The notes beneath the pieces are model-generated. The model saw only the letters and a program-made list of their open reading frames with translations. It had not been told where the DNA came from and searched no databases. A stretch of 64,000 bases of DNA from an uncultured Bacteroidota bacterium (GTDB taxonomy: Bacteria; Bacteroidota; Ignavibacteria; UBA10030; UBA6906), in the NCBI GenBank assembly GCA_963700635.1, contig CAVOYH010000004.1:640001-704000 (forward strand), given 5' to 3'. Each line of letters starts with the position of its first letter. The stretch's first letter is position 1. The translations under genes and the position numbers were made by a program. Of the stretch, positions 38,762-48,423 are shown in pieces.

Positions 38762-40033
38762 TCACGGCGCCGGAGCGGATGGCTTCACAGCCGGTGGTTT
38801 CGGTTTCCGTGAGAGTATCCACCAGAGCAGCAGTGCCACGATGGCCACGATACCGATATACAGCAGAAACTTCTTGTCCATCACGGGCGTGGCGAGGTCC
38901 TTCACCATCATATCCAGGGCTGCGTATTCTTTCGCGCCGAGGAGGCTCTCATGTGAAAGCGCGTCCTTCCACTCTGTATCGATCCGGGCTACCCACACAT
39001 CCTCGACGAATGCGGTAGCGTCTTCGCCGCTGTTCTTTACCTGTTCGACATACGCGCGAATGGAGGAAGAGAAGCCGGGTGCATCGGAAAACGGGATTAC
39101 TGCTGCTCCACGGACGGCGAATTCTTTTTCAATCGTGGACCAGAATGTTCGCCGGAGCACGGCATTCCATTCGGTGAGGAGTGAATCGATGCGCGCTGCC
39201 GGAACTGCCTTCGGTTGTGCGCCGGCGATGCCTGTACCGGCCTGCGCCCCCCGCCCTGCCGGTGTCTGGCTGGCAAGATACACCGCCTGCATCTTGCTGC
39301 TCAAGCCCTTCCACCGTGCGTTGAACTGCCGGTAGTTATCCAGGAGTGCGGCGAAATCTTTACCCTGAAGCTCCGTCGCGGTGAGGAACCTGACGTTATC
39401 CGAGGCAACATCGTACACGCGCGTCAGCACATTTGCCCTCTCAAGCTTTGCCGTGAGATCATCCCTGAGGACCTCACCGACGCTCGCGAGGTCCTTGCCA
39501 TAGGGCATGAACATGGAATCGACAAGGGCGAACAGCAGTTGATCTTTGGCCTGCAGGTTCGCCTGGAGACGGCGAAGAGTTTCACGCAGGGAAGCATTGT
39601 TCGCCCTGTTCTGCTGGAGCTCAGAGAACAACATATCCCGTTCTCTTGTGAGCGTGTCCAGCGATACCGTCAGTTCCTGTATCGTGGACTCCATGGCCAG
39701 AATCTGTGTCCCCTGGGTCTCCATGATGCGTGTTGACTCATACAGACGCGCGTGCATGTTCCGCAGCTCCTTCATTTTCTGGTCGAAGGTGGCGGGAAAA
39801 AGCGCTTTGTCAAGGAAGTCGCTATGGGACAGGAAGTCAAGGCCCAGTCCCTCAATACCATTGTTCAGTGAATCCAGCTGGGACGTGCTGGTTGCTGTTT
39901 CGACAAGGCGGGTGAGCCGCTCATGGCGTTCTTCAAATTCCTTCTTGAGATCGAAATCCGATTGTTGTGACGGAGCCGTGGCCGGCAGAATCAGAAGACA
40001 GCAGAAAAAAGTGACGAGCATGCGGCGAGTCAT
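38762..40033 (-). CDS. Hypothetical exported coiled-coil protein with C-terminal TM anchor
   Basis: Signal peptide, heptad-rich middle, hydrophobic helix followed by a basic tail. Confidence 0.75.
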   Translation of the reverse strand: MTRRMLVTFFCCLLILPATAPSQQSDFDLKKEFEERHERLTRLVETATSTSQLDSLNNGIEGLGLDFLSHSDFLDKALFPATFDQKMKELRNMHARLYESTRIMETQGTQILAMESTIQELTVSLDTLTRERDMLFSELQQNRANNASLRETLRRLQANLQAKDQLLFALVDSMFMPYGKDLASVGEVLRDDLTAKLERANVLTRVYDVASDNVRFLTATELQGKDFAALLDNYRQFNARWKGLSSKMQAVYLASQTPAGRGAQAGTGIAGAQPKAVPAARIDSLLTEWNAVLRRTFWSTIEKEFAVRGAAVIPFSDAPGFSSSIRAYVEQVKNSGEDATAFVEDVWVARIDTEWKDALSHESLLGAKEYAALDMMVKDLATPVMDKKFLLYIGIVAIVALLLWWILSRKPKPPAVKPSAPAP

Positions 40034-40494
40034 CGTTTATTCTCCTGGGAGAAGTCGGAGCTGGTCAGGTACCGCGGCGGCGCAGAACCGTCAAGCAATT
40101 CAATAAAGGGCGGGCGCTGGTTGAATGCGGGGGTCACGAGCCCGGTTGGTGAAACCTCTATTACACTCGCGCCGACGAGTGCGCCTTCGCCCGTCCGGAA
40201 GACGTATACGTGCTTGAACCGCGGTCCGGTGACAAAATAATATCCCTGTGCATTCCGGATAATCCGCAGGGTGGTTCCCCGCAAGGCCGTAGAATCTCCA
40301 AACTCCGCGGCGGCGAGCGGGGCGACACTCACGACGAGGGCATACCGGCCTTCCTCTATCATGTTCATACTATTCACGGCGAGGACGCTTTCCACGGGCC
40401 ATGAAAAGTTTGCGTTTTCCAGAGAAAGTGATGAACAACCAGGAAGGACCAAAAAAAGGGGAAACACGGCGAGAGTCAGCACACAGATGCGCAT
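40030..40494 (-). CDS. Hypothetical lipoprotein
   Basis: LPGC lipobox; AAGGAG RBS; 4-nt overlap with the downstream gene. Confidence 0.75.
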   Translation of the reverse strand: MRICVLTLAVFPLFLVLPGCSSLSLENANFSWPVESVLAVNSMNMIEEGRYALVVSVAPLAAAEFGDSTALRGTTLRIIRNAQGYYFVTGPRFKHVYVFRTGEGALVGASVIEVSPTGLVTPAFNQRPPFIELLDGSAPPRYLTSSDFSQENKR

Positions 40495-40542
40495 GGCGGG
40501 TAGGGTCTCCTTTGCGTGACAAATGGTGCCAAAAAGTATCCA

Positions 40543-40607
40543 ATGATACCAAGTTTCCCATGTCGATGCAAGCAGTTATTGCATTATTGGACCATTTGAA
40601 GTATCTT
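40543..40607. promoter_or_regulatory. Back-to-back sigma70 promoters (minus TTGCAT-N17-TATCAT; plus TTGCAT-N17-TATCTT)
   Basis: The -35 boxes form ATGCAA-N7-TTGCAT at 40566-40584. Confidence 0.6.
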
Positions 40608-40660
40608 GATAGTGCTTTCCTGCCTCACACGAATCTCCTCAACGACCCATGTTGGGCTCT

Positions 40661-41113
40661 ATGCCAAAAGCCGCCAAATCCGAAGCCAAGAAGAGTGTCC
40701 TCATTGTTGAGGACAGCATCGATTTTTCGAATCTCCTGAAATTCATTGTCGAAGACGATGGATTCCAGGGTATCCAGTTTTCGGTGCAAGAGGAGGATAT
40801 TCTCTCCGCCGTGAGGGAGCACCAACCGGCGGTGATTCTCATGGATCTTGCCTTACGCAGGAAGGGGGGGATGGACTACATCAGTGACCTGAAAAACGAT
40901 CCTGAGACAAAGGACATTCCCATCATTATCATCACAGGCCGGGATCTTGCACAGAAGGATGTTCTGGAATTACAGATGAAGGGGGTGAAGTACCTGCGCA
41001 AGGGAAGAGTGGAGATGCACGAGATCCGGAGAGAAATCAGGACCGCGGTGCTGGGTCCGGATGCCGCGGCGCCCGCAGCGCCAAAGACACCGCGCCCGGG
41101 AGGCGGTGCATGA
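40661..41113 (+). CDS. Single-domain response regulator receiver protein
   Basis: VLIVEDS, ILMDL, IPIIIITG, YLRK. Confidence 0.88.
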   Translation: MPKAAKSEAKKSVLIVEDSIDFSNLLKFIVEDDGFQGIQFSVQEEDILSAVREHQPAVILMDLALRRKGGMDYISDLKNDPETKDIPIIIITGRDLAQKDVLELQMKGVKYLRKGRVEMHEIRREIRTAVLGPDAAAPAAPKTPRPGGGA

Positions 41114-41586
41114 ACGTCTTCTGCCCGGTCCTGCTCAGCGGAAAATACCTGCCGACAAAATGTGCGCACCGGAGAGTAAGCGGCGGACAGAATATCGCTC
41201 CTCCCGTGGAGTGGGCTGAAGTACCCTCCGGCGTGAAGTCATTCGCGCTTTCCATCATCGACCGGCACCCGGTGGCAAACAACTGGGTGCACTGGTTTGT
41301 TGTGAACATACCGGCTGCTGTGAGGGAAATACACGAGGGTGCCTCGGGAATACGCGATCTTTTGCCGCCGGGGTCACTCGAAATACGGAACTCCTATGGT
41401 GACATCGGCTATGGCGGGCCCAACCCGCCCCGCGGATCCGGCGCCCATGTCTATGAGATTACGGTGTATGCTCTTTCCATCGGGTCAACCGGCCTGGGGC
41501 CGTTTGCAACACTGGACGAATGCCTCGCGGGGATACGGCCTCATGTCGTGGCGAGTGCGAATACCGCAGGAACCTTCGAGCAGTAA
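41110..41586 (+). CDS. YbhB/YbcL (PEBP/RKIP-like) protein
   Basis: WVHW.V.NIP, YGGPNPP.G...H.Y..TVYAL. Confidence 0.9.
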   Translation: MNVFCPVLLSGKYLPTKCAHRRVSGGQNIAPPVEWAEVPSGVKSFALSIIDRHPVANNWVHWFVVNIPAAVREIHEGASGIRDLLPPGSLEIRNSYGDIGYGGPNPPRGSGAHVYEITVYALSIGSTGLGPFATLDECLAGIRPHVVASANTAGTFEQ

Positions 41587-41609
41587 CATCCCGCAGACCT
41601 CCGCGCTGA

Positions 41610-44597
41610 TCAGGCGCCCCCTCCCGGCTTCAGGATCACCCCTTTGTTTTTGTGCCCGTTAATCTTCACGGTTATCGCTTCTTCAAAGCGCAGATGCCTC
41701 GTGAATACCAGTTCTTCCTCCGCTTCCTGCCGCTGGAGCCACTCCCAGTCGATAAACGAAGACGGCACCGCTGCATTCACGGTAAAGTACCCGACACGGA
41801 ATGAAGTGATGTTCTGAAAGAAATGTGACCCCTGGGAAGGAGTTACATGGATATCGCGGAATCCGGACTCGACGATCACGGCTGCCCCTGAGATCTGATC
41901 CCATGTCACGGGGATCCCCAGCCACGGATCCAGGCTGCCCCAGCGGCCGACGCCGATGATAAGATACGCACGTTTTTCCGCTACAAGTTTGGCGTTGAGC
42001 TGGCTTATCTCCTCGGCCACCTCGCGGCTCTTGGCCCGGTCAAAAGTCTGGATATCCACCACCACGATGTCAAAGATTCCGTCGAAGACGCCGTTGCCGA
42101 GTACCTGCTGACTTTCACAGATCAATTCCCGGGGCAGAATATCATCCACATCAAGTTCTTCCATTTCCAGGCTGAGCACCAGGGGACGGATCTGCAGGAG
42201 GGCAAAGTCGCGGGGCTTGTCGGGAGGAACGTTCATGTTCACAGCAAATTCCACTTCCACGTGCGTACCCATGCCCCACGTTCCGAGTTCGAGGATCAGC
42301 TCAAGGATTTCCGGGAGTGGGAAGGTCTTATGTTTCAGAACGGGGGCGAATGTGACGACACGTTTGCCCGGCCGGGAGATGCCGTCGTACACCGAATCGT
42401 TCTCGGAGGAGTACGTCGAGCCCACATAATAAAGGGTCTGGTCTTCTTCGGCTTTCGTCAGATCATATGTTTTGACGAACAGTTCCGGCTCGGGGTGCTC
42501 ATGCGGTAGGAGCCCCTGGGTGAGGTCAAGGGCGAGGAACTCCTGTTGTGCATTCCGGATGGTTTCCTTTGTTGAAAAAAACTGCATGAGGTGCCGGGGG
42601 TACTTCGGACAGAAGCGGACGGAATTTCCGCCTTCAACGACCGTCCGGCCGAGGCCCAAAACCACCTGTACGATCCCGTCAATGGCAGTCTGGGGGGGAA
42701 CCGGATAAAAGTTATACGATCTTGCCACACCCGCGAAATCAGGATAAAACCGGCTATTCCTTTCCGAGCCGACCATACGTTGTATGATCACCGCCATTTT
42801 TTCTTCTTCAAGGCGATAGGCGGTCGCCTTCATGTAGTCCCTTGCACGACGCATAAACGTGGAGGCGTACACACGTTTGATACTCTGCAGGAGTTCCTTC
42901 AGGCGGACATCGTGCTCGGGATGATTGTTGGGGATCATGAATGTGGAATAGACGCCCGCGAAGGGCTGATACTGGGAGTCCTCCAGCACGCTTGATGAAC
43001 GCACGGCGAGCGGTCCATGCATGAGTTCAAGGAACTCGGAGAGCCGGCTGAGTACCTCCTTCGGGAAATTCGGGGCAGCGAGAAATCGTTCGGCCAATTC
43101 CTTGTCATTACGCGCGCTGAGGGCATACCCTTCCAGGTTGTTCTCCGAAAGGAACCGGTCAAAAACGTCCGTGGCGATGACCGCCGCTCCGGGGACGGCG
43201 ATCTCGACGCCGGGGAAGTAATCCCGGATATGATACCGGTTGATGACCGAGTTGATGAACCCGAGTCCCCGCGCCTTGCCCCCGAGCGACCCGCCTCCGA
43301 TGCGCGAGAACCCGCTGACGGGATCAAAACTTTCTCGGTTAAACTCCGTGATCACTCCCCGCTGGCGGTTTTCCTGGTATTCCCGGAGCGCGGTCAGCAG
43401 TTCATTACGCAGGTCGGCGACGGAAGGGAAGTCCGAAACCTTGTGCGGGCGGAGCTTATGTGCCAGGCCGAACTCTGTGCGGGCCTTCAGCCAGTTCGAA
43501 AAATGATTGCGTGAAGCGTGGAACACGATGGACTCGTCAGGGACGACGTGCAGGAGTTCTTCCAGGCTTTTGAGATCCGTGGCCCGGCCTGCTTCCATCC
43601 CGTCGGATGATCGAAACACGAAGTCACCAAAGCCAAAATTGTCCAGCATGTACTGCCGGAGATTATGCAACAGCCGCGGTGATCCCTTCCGGAGAAATGT
43701 CGCGCCGATCTCCCGGGCCTTTTCCTCGTATTCTGAATTGCTGGACTGCAGGAGGATGGAAATATCGGTGTGCCGGTTCCGGACGTTGCGGGCGAACGCA
43801 AAGCCTGCGTCAGGATCCTTGAGGCCGTCACGCTTGAAGTTTACGTCGGTGATAATACCCAGAACAAATTCCTCGTACTTTTCATAGTACGCCCATGCTT
43901 CCTCATAATCGGTACAGAGGAGAATTTTGGGACGCGCGCGCATACGGAGGAACCGGTGCGTCATGTTCACTCCCTCCGAGATCAGGCGCTGTGACTGGTT
44001 CAGGATCTCCGTGTACACGAGGGGCAGGTACATCGAATAAAACTGCACACTGTCTTCGACCAGGATGATGACCTGCACGCCCACGGCCCTCGTGTCATTC
44101 TCCACGTTAAGCCGGTCTTCCAGGCATTTGATGATGGCAATAAGCAGCCGGTAATCGCCCTGCCAGAGGAAGACCTTTTCGAAGACGGAGGTATCATAAT
44201 GGGTTACCAGTTCCTTCCGCTCCTTGTTGTCGTAGGCCAGCAGGACAATCGGCGTGTCAATTCCCGCCTCGCGGACCATGCGCGCGAACCGGACAACGTG
44301 GACATCCTCAATATGAAGCGTGGTGATGATCAGGTCAAACGGCTCGCCGGAGCCGATGAGCTCGAGAGCCTCGCTTGCGCTGCTGACATGCGTAATTTCG
44401 GGGGGGTGACTGAGGTTGAGGACCTGAAATTCCTGACGGATAAGCTCGTACAGGCGTCCGTCTTCTTCAAACAGATACTGATCGTACAAACTCGAGACAA
44501 GAAGAATGTCACGGATTTTGTACCGCATCAACTTCTGGAAGTTCTGGGTCCGGGCGCCTAAAATCTCGTCTAATCGGGGTCGGACGTGCTTGGCCAT
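41610..44597 (-). CDS. Receiver-domain-containing PEP/pyruvate-binding (PEP synthase N-terminal-like) protein
   Basis: IILVEDS...TDVN receiver; GGSLGGKARGL, AVRSSS.LEDS..PFAG, MAVIIQ, EVEFA, LLQIRP. Confidence 0.88.
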   Translation of the reverse strand: MAKHVRPRLDEILGARTQNFQKLMRYKIRDILLVSSLYDQYLFEEDGRLYELIRQEFQVLNLSHPPEITHVSSASEALELIGSGEPFDLIITTLHIEDVHVVRFARMVREAGIDTPIVLLAYDNKERKELVTHYDTSVFEKVFLWQGDYRLLIAIIKCLEDRLNVENDTRAVGVQVIILVEDSVQFYSMYLPLVYTEILNQSQRLISEGVNMTHRFLRMRARPKILLCTDYEEAWAYYEKYEEFVLGIITDVNFKRDGLKDPDAGFAFARNVRNRHTDISILLQSSNSEYEEKAREIGATFLRKGSPRLLHNLRQYMLDNFGFGDFVFRSSDGMEAGRATDLKSLEELLHVVPDESIVFHASRNHFSNWLKARTEFGLAHKLRPHKVSDFPSVADLRNELLTALREYQENRQRGVITEFNRESFDPVSGFSRIGGGSLGGKARGLGFINSVINRYHIRDYFPGVEIAVPGAAVIATDVFDRFLSENNLEGYALSARNDKELAERFLAAPNFPKEVLSRLSEFLELMHGPLAVRSSSVLEDSQYQPFAGVYSTFMIPNNHPEHDVRLKELLQSIKRVYASTFMRRARDYMKATAYRLEEEKMAVIIQRMVGSERNSRFYPDFAGVARSYNFYPVPPQTAIDGIVQVVLGLGRTVVEGGNSVRFCPKYPRHLMQFFSTKETIRNAQQEFLALDLTQGLLPHEHPEPELFVKTYDLTKAEEDQTLYYVGSTYSSENDSVYDGISRPGKRVVTFAPVLKHKTFPLPEILELILELGTWGMGTHVEVEFAVNMNVPPDKPRDFALLQIRPLVLSLEMEELDVDDILPRELICESQQVLGNGVFDGIFDIVVVDIQTFDRAKSREVAEEISQLNAKLVAEKRAYLIIGVGRWGSLDPWLGIPVTWDQISGAAVIVESGFRDIHVTPSQGSHFFQNITSFRVGYFTVNAAVPSSFIDWEWLQRQEAEEELVFTRHLRFEEAITVKINGHKNKGVILKPGGGA

Positions 44598-44636
44598 ACG
44601 GTGTGAGCTGGTTGATGGAAATGTTTCAGTGTTGGC

Positions 44637-44704
44637 ATGATACGTGAATTGCGCCTGAGCCGCAAGCGGGAGAAGTTGATTTTGTCGCAGATGCTGGGTA
44701 TTTT
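44637..44704. promoter_or_regulatory. Divergent sigma70 promoters (minus TTGCGG-N17-TATCAT; plus TTGATT-N17-TATTTT)
   Basis: Minus element 44637-44665, plus element 44676-44704. Confidence 0.55.
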
Positions 44705-44812
44705 ATAATGATACACCTCCCTCAAAGGTGGCCCTGTGGGACACAATCAGGTCTGATGATTCTGTTACGTTGAGTTCACCGCTTCACTTGTATTTATCGT
44801 CAGGAGCAGAGT

Positions 44813-46015
44813 ATGGTCGACATTAAAAAAGGAAAAGGCACTCTTGGAATTCTCACCGGTGGGGGCGATGTACCCGGCCTGAATCCGGCTATTCGTGCCG
44901 TCACGATTCGCGCACTGCGCGAAGGGTACAGCGTTATTGGCATCCGGCGCGGATGGGCGGGGCTGGTGGACATCGTCCGCGAAAAGGACTACAACAATAC
45001 TGATAACTTCCAGGTTCTCTCAGAAGAGATCGTCAACAAAGCAGGTCGCACCGGCGGTACGTTTCTCCATACATCCCGCACGCGGCCCAGCCACGTGAAG
45101 AAGGCCAGCGTCCCCAAGCATCTGCAGGACAAATACAATGCCGAGACGAATGATCTGACGTCGGAGGTTGTGGCCAACCTTTCGTGGCTCGGGGTGGATT
45201 ATCTTATTCCGATCGGTGGCGACGACACGCTGAGCTACGGTGTGCGTTTGTATCAGGACGGCATGAAGGTTGTCGCTATTCCCAAGACGATGGACAACGA
45301 TGTGCCCGGCACAGATTATTGCATCGGATTCAGCACGTGTGTGACACGGACGATCCAGATGACCAACAGTCTTCGCACGTCCGCAGGTTCCCATGAACGA
45401 TTCCTTGTGCTGGAAGTGTTTGGCCGGTACGCCGGATTTACGGCCATGGTGCCCACGATGGCCGGAGCCGCCAACCGGTGTGTAATCCCCGAACACAAAT
45501 ATGACATGGAACATCTCACCGAGCTGATGGCCTACGATCGCAGGAACAATCCAAGTCGCTATGCCGTCGTGCTGGTCTCCGAGGGTTCGATGTTTCAGGG
45601 CGGGGAGATGATGTTCTCAAAGGAGACAACCGATGCCTACGGTCACAAGAAGCTGGGGGGGATCGGAGATCTGGTTTCAGAAAGGCTGAAAGAACTTTCC
45701 CCGAAATTCAACGACGGAAAACCCATCAATACGATTGCCCAGAAACTCGGTTACCTTGTGCGAGGCGGTGATCCGGATGCAGTCGATTCGATCGTGCCGA
45801 TGGCATACGGAAACCTCGCGCTGGACCTTATGCTGAAGGGCGTTCACGGGCGCCTGGTAGTGCTGAAGAACGGCAGGTATGATAACATGCCGCTTGATGT
45901 GGTGACAAGTTCCAAAAAAGTGGTGAATGTCCGCGAACACTATAACATCGAACGGCTTCGCCCGCAATATAACAGCTTCGAGATGAAGCCGCTTTTCCTG
46001 ACCACCAGTGAATAG
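44813..46015 (+). CDS. 6-phosphofructokinase, probably PPi-dependent
   Basis: TGGGDVPGLN, GGDDT, PKTMDND, EVFGR. Confidence 0.92.
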   Translation: MVDIKKGKGTLGILTGGGDVPGLNPAIRAVTIRALREGYSVIGIRRGWAGLVDIVREKDYNNTDNFQVLSEEIVNKAGRTGGTFLHTSRTRPSHVKKASVPKHLQDKYNAETNDLTSEVVANLSWLGVDYLIPIGGDDTLSYGVRLYQDGMKVVAIPKTMDNDVPGTDYCIGFSTCVTRTIQMTNSLRTSAGSHERFLVLEVFGRYAGFTAMVPTMAGAANRCVIPEHKYDMEHLTELMAYDRRNNPSRYAVVLVSEGSMFQGGEMMFSKETTDAYGHKKLGGIGDLVSERLKELSPKFNDGKPINTIAQKLGYLVRGGDPDAVDSIVPMAYGNLALDLMLKGVHGRLVVLKNGRYDNMPLDVVTSSKKVVNVREHYNIERLRPQYNSFEMKPLFLTTSE

Positions 46016-46045
46016 CGTGGTACCAGCCTGAATCCCGTATCTTTT

Positions 46046-46083
46046 GCAGCCCGGAACGCCGCGAAAATGGTGTTCCGGGTTGC
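46046..46083 (+). terminator. 15-bp hairpin after pfk (terminator or processing stem)
   Basis: GCAGCCCGGAACGCC/GGTGTTCCGGGTTGC with G-U pairs; weak U tract. Confidence 0.5.
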
Positions 46084-46101
46084 TTCACCCTTCTCCCGGA
46101 G

Positions 46102-48423
46102 ATGATTATGCGATTTCTCATGGTGTCACTCCTGTTGGCTGTTGTGCTTTCTCAAAGCGCCCCTCTCCATGCCCAGAATCGTGCAATCACACGGGAGGAA
46201 TACCTTAGCTATATGAAAGGCGCTGCGGACGATGGGTGGTCCACACTCCAGGCCGACCGTGAACGCTGGCGGAAAAACGTGGATGTGGAGTATGTGTTCG
46301 GCTACAACCCGCCCGGCAATGAAGTGTATCTTGCCGCCCTGTGTGCAAATCTGTACGAAGCGACCTCGAACCCGGAGTATCTCCAGCGCGCAAAACAGTT
46401 GATTCTGGAATTTGGCAAACATCGTGACGCCTATCCGCGGGATTTCGCCGCAACACGGCAGGAATACGGCGGGGCGCTCCCCGTGATCCCGAATATCTTC
46501 TATTTTGGAAAGTACTGTCATGCGTATGCCCTCGTGAAGAAACACCTCACCCTGACGCCGGCGGAACGGTCGACGATTGATGAAGGCATTGCCGGCAGCG
46601 CAGACTATATCGTGCGTTTTCAGGAGTGGGGCGCGATGAACCGGGCTATGCTCCGGGCGGAAGCCCTGTTGTATGCCGCAAAAGTTGTTCCGGATCATCC
46701 CCATCAACCCCGATGGCTCACCATGGGGAACGCAATCGCAGGCGACAACTTTGAAGAATGGGAAATTGAGGATGCCACCGGATACAACGGAATCTGGTTG
46801 TATTCACTCCTCGCCTACCTGAGCGATATCCGGGAGGAAGAAACATCCTACCGGTCACCAATCTTGCAATACTACTTCGAGTACTATCTTCAGTTGATTT
46901 CGCCCGCGGGAATTATTCCCGATGTCGGAGACGCCAACTGGGGGAGCGGGTGGGACCGGATGATTCCGTTTTTTGAAAAGGGCGCGGCAATCAACAAAGA
47001 CCCCCGGCTGCGCTGGGCTGCCGCGAGCCAGTTCAGAAAGTATATGGATCCCCAGCCTGCAAGAAAGAGCGTGTTTCTGGGAGTGATCTTTGCTGATGCT
47101 CTCCGCTGGGCCGACTTCTCGCTCCCGGCCACGGCGCCGACCAACGGGAGCAGGCAGGTTCTCGAGGACATCGTCGGAAAGAAAGTGGTCTTCCGGAATG
47201 GATGGACTCCCACGAGTACCTATATGCTTCTGAACTACCGGGATGAAGGAGACGGCGGGTGGCTTTTCCGCGAAAATCTCCGGACGGGCATTCCCGTCGA
47301 GGAAGAGAAGATGCACCACGGGCACTCGGACGAGAATAGTATCGCCCTGCTCATGCGTAACAACAGCATCCTGTTGCATGACGGTGGATACAGGGACTAT
47401 ATGCCAAGCGGTCCGTATGGCGCCTTCCGCGCCGACTACCACCATAACCGGCTTGCGGTGCGCGACGGGAAAATCGCGCTCGGCCAACGGCAGGGGGAGT
47501 GGCGGTATGCCACACCGAACCAGCATGCAGTTCCCGGACAGTCCATGCTGGACTACTTCCGGAACTCCGGAGCATATCGGGAGGTCCGCACGCGCAAGAT
47601 CGATTTCCTTGCACTCAAGGATGTCGACTATTCGCGCACCCGGTTGATCGATGAAGGGCTGGGGTACGAGTCCGACCGCCTTATCTATTATATCAAGCAA
47701 CTCGACTGGTTTGTCGTGCTGGATGTGCTCCGTTTTACGCGCCCGACATATCTGACCATGGCGAACCTCTGGCACACCCGCCAGGTGCTTGCCAGCGGCC
47801 CGGGATGGTATGACACCGCCTATGATTCTCTGAACACGCTGGATGTCCGGGGACCGGACCGTTTGCTCGTGCTTTTCCCCCAGCGCGCGCAGCTGGCGGA
47901 AGGTGTCGAAGACATCCAGCGCTACTATCAGTCTGAAAAGGTGGTGTATCAAATGATCGGGCGGCACGGCTACCGGAATGCCCTGCAGAGTTTTGTGACG
48001 GTTCTCATCCCGCACGGCCCCGGACAGAAACCCGAGGATCTTGCTGCGTGCGTGGAAATGCTCCCGACAGACGACCCCGCCCGCGCCGTTGCCCTCAAGA
48101 TCACCAGGGATGGTACCACGTATATACTCGGCGCAAAACTTGATCTGGAGGCCGAGCTGGTGCGCGACTGGCGCCGGCCAATGTATACATATGATTCGGG
48201 CAAAACGCGGTATGGTGAATACGAAACAGACGCCTTCACACTCTTCGCTGTGGAGACAAAGGCGTCGCTCCGCTACGCCGTTGTCGGTGCGGTCAAAGTG
48301 ACGCATCGCGGTACAGTCCTGCACGAACAACTGCCGGTGCGCGCGGGATTAAGTTTTGACGGAGGCCCCGATCAACCGGGCACACTCAAGATGCGGCACT
48401 GGGAGGGGGAAGTACGGCGATGA
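46102..48423 (+). CDS. Secreted heparinase II/III-like protein (putative polysaccharide lyase)
   Basis: Signal peptide; helical N-terminal half; P..GD, FRNGW, HGHSDENS, LLHDGGY, HHNRLAV. Confidence 0.65.
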   Translation: MIMRFLMVSLLLAVVLSQSAPLHAQNRAITREEYLSYMKGAADDGWSTLQADRERWRKNVDVEYVFGYNPPGNEVYLAALCANLYEATSNPEYLQRAKQLILEFGKHRDAYPRDFAATRQEYGGALPVIPNIFYFGKYCHAYALVKKHLTLTPAERSTIDEGIAGSADYIVRFQEWGAMNRAMLRAEALLYAAKVVPDHPHQPRWLTMGNAIAGDNFEEWEIEDATGYNGIWLYSLLAYLSDIREEETSYRSPILQYYFEYYLQLISPAGIIPDVGDANWGSGWDRMIPFFEKGAAINKDPRLRWAAASQFRKYMDPQPARKSVFLGVIFADALRWADFSLPATAPTNGSRQVLEDIVGKKVVFRNGWTPTSTYMLLNYRDEGDGGWLFRENLRTGIPVEEEKMHHGHSDENSIALLMRNNSILLHDGGYRDYMPSGPYGAFRADYHHNRLAVRDGKIALGQRQGEWRYATPNQHAVPGQSMLDYFRNSGAYREVRTRKIDFLALKDVDYSRTRLIDEGLGYESDRLIYYIKQLDWFVVLDVLRFTRPTYLTMANLWHTRQVLASGPGWYDTAYDSLNTLDVRGPDRLLVLFPQRAQLAEGVEDIQRYYQSEKVVYQMIGRHGYRNALQSFVTVLIPHGPGQKPEDLAACVEMLPTDDPARAVALKITRDGTTYILGAKLDLEAELVRDWRRPMYTYDSGKTRYGEYETDAFTLFAVETKASLRYAVVGAVKVTHRGTVLHEQLPVRAGLSFDGGPDQPGTLKMRHWEGEVRR

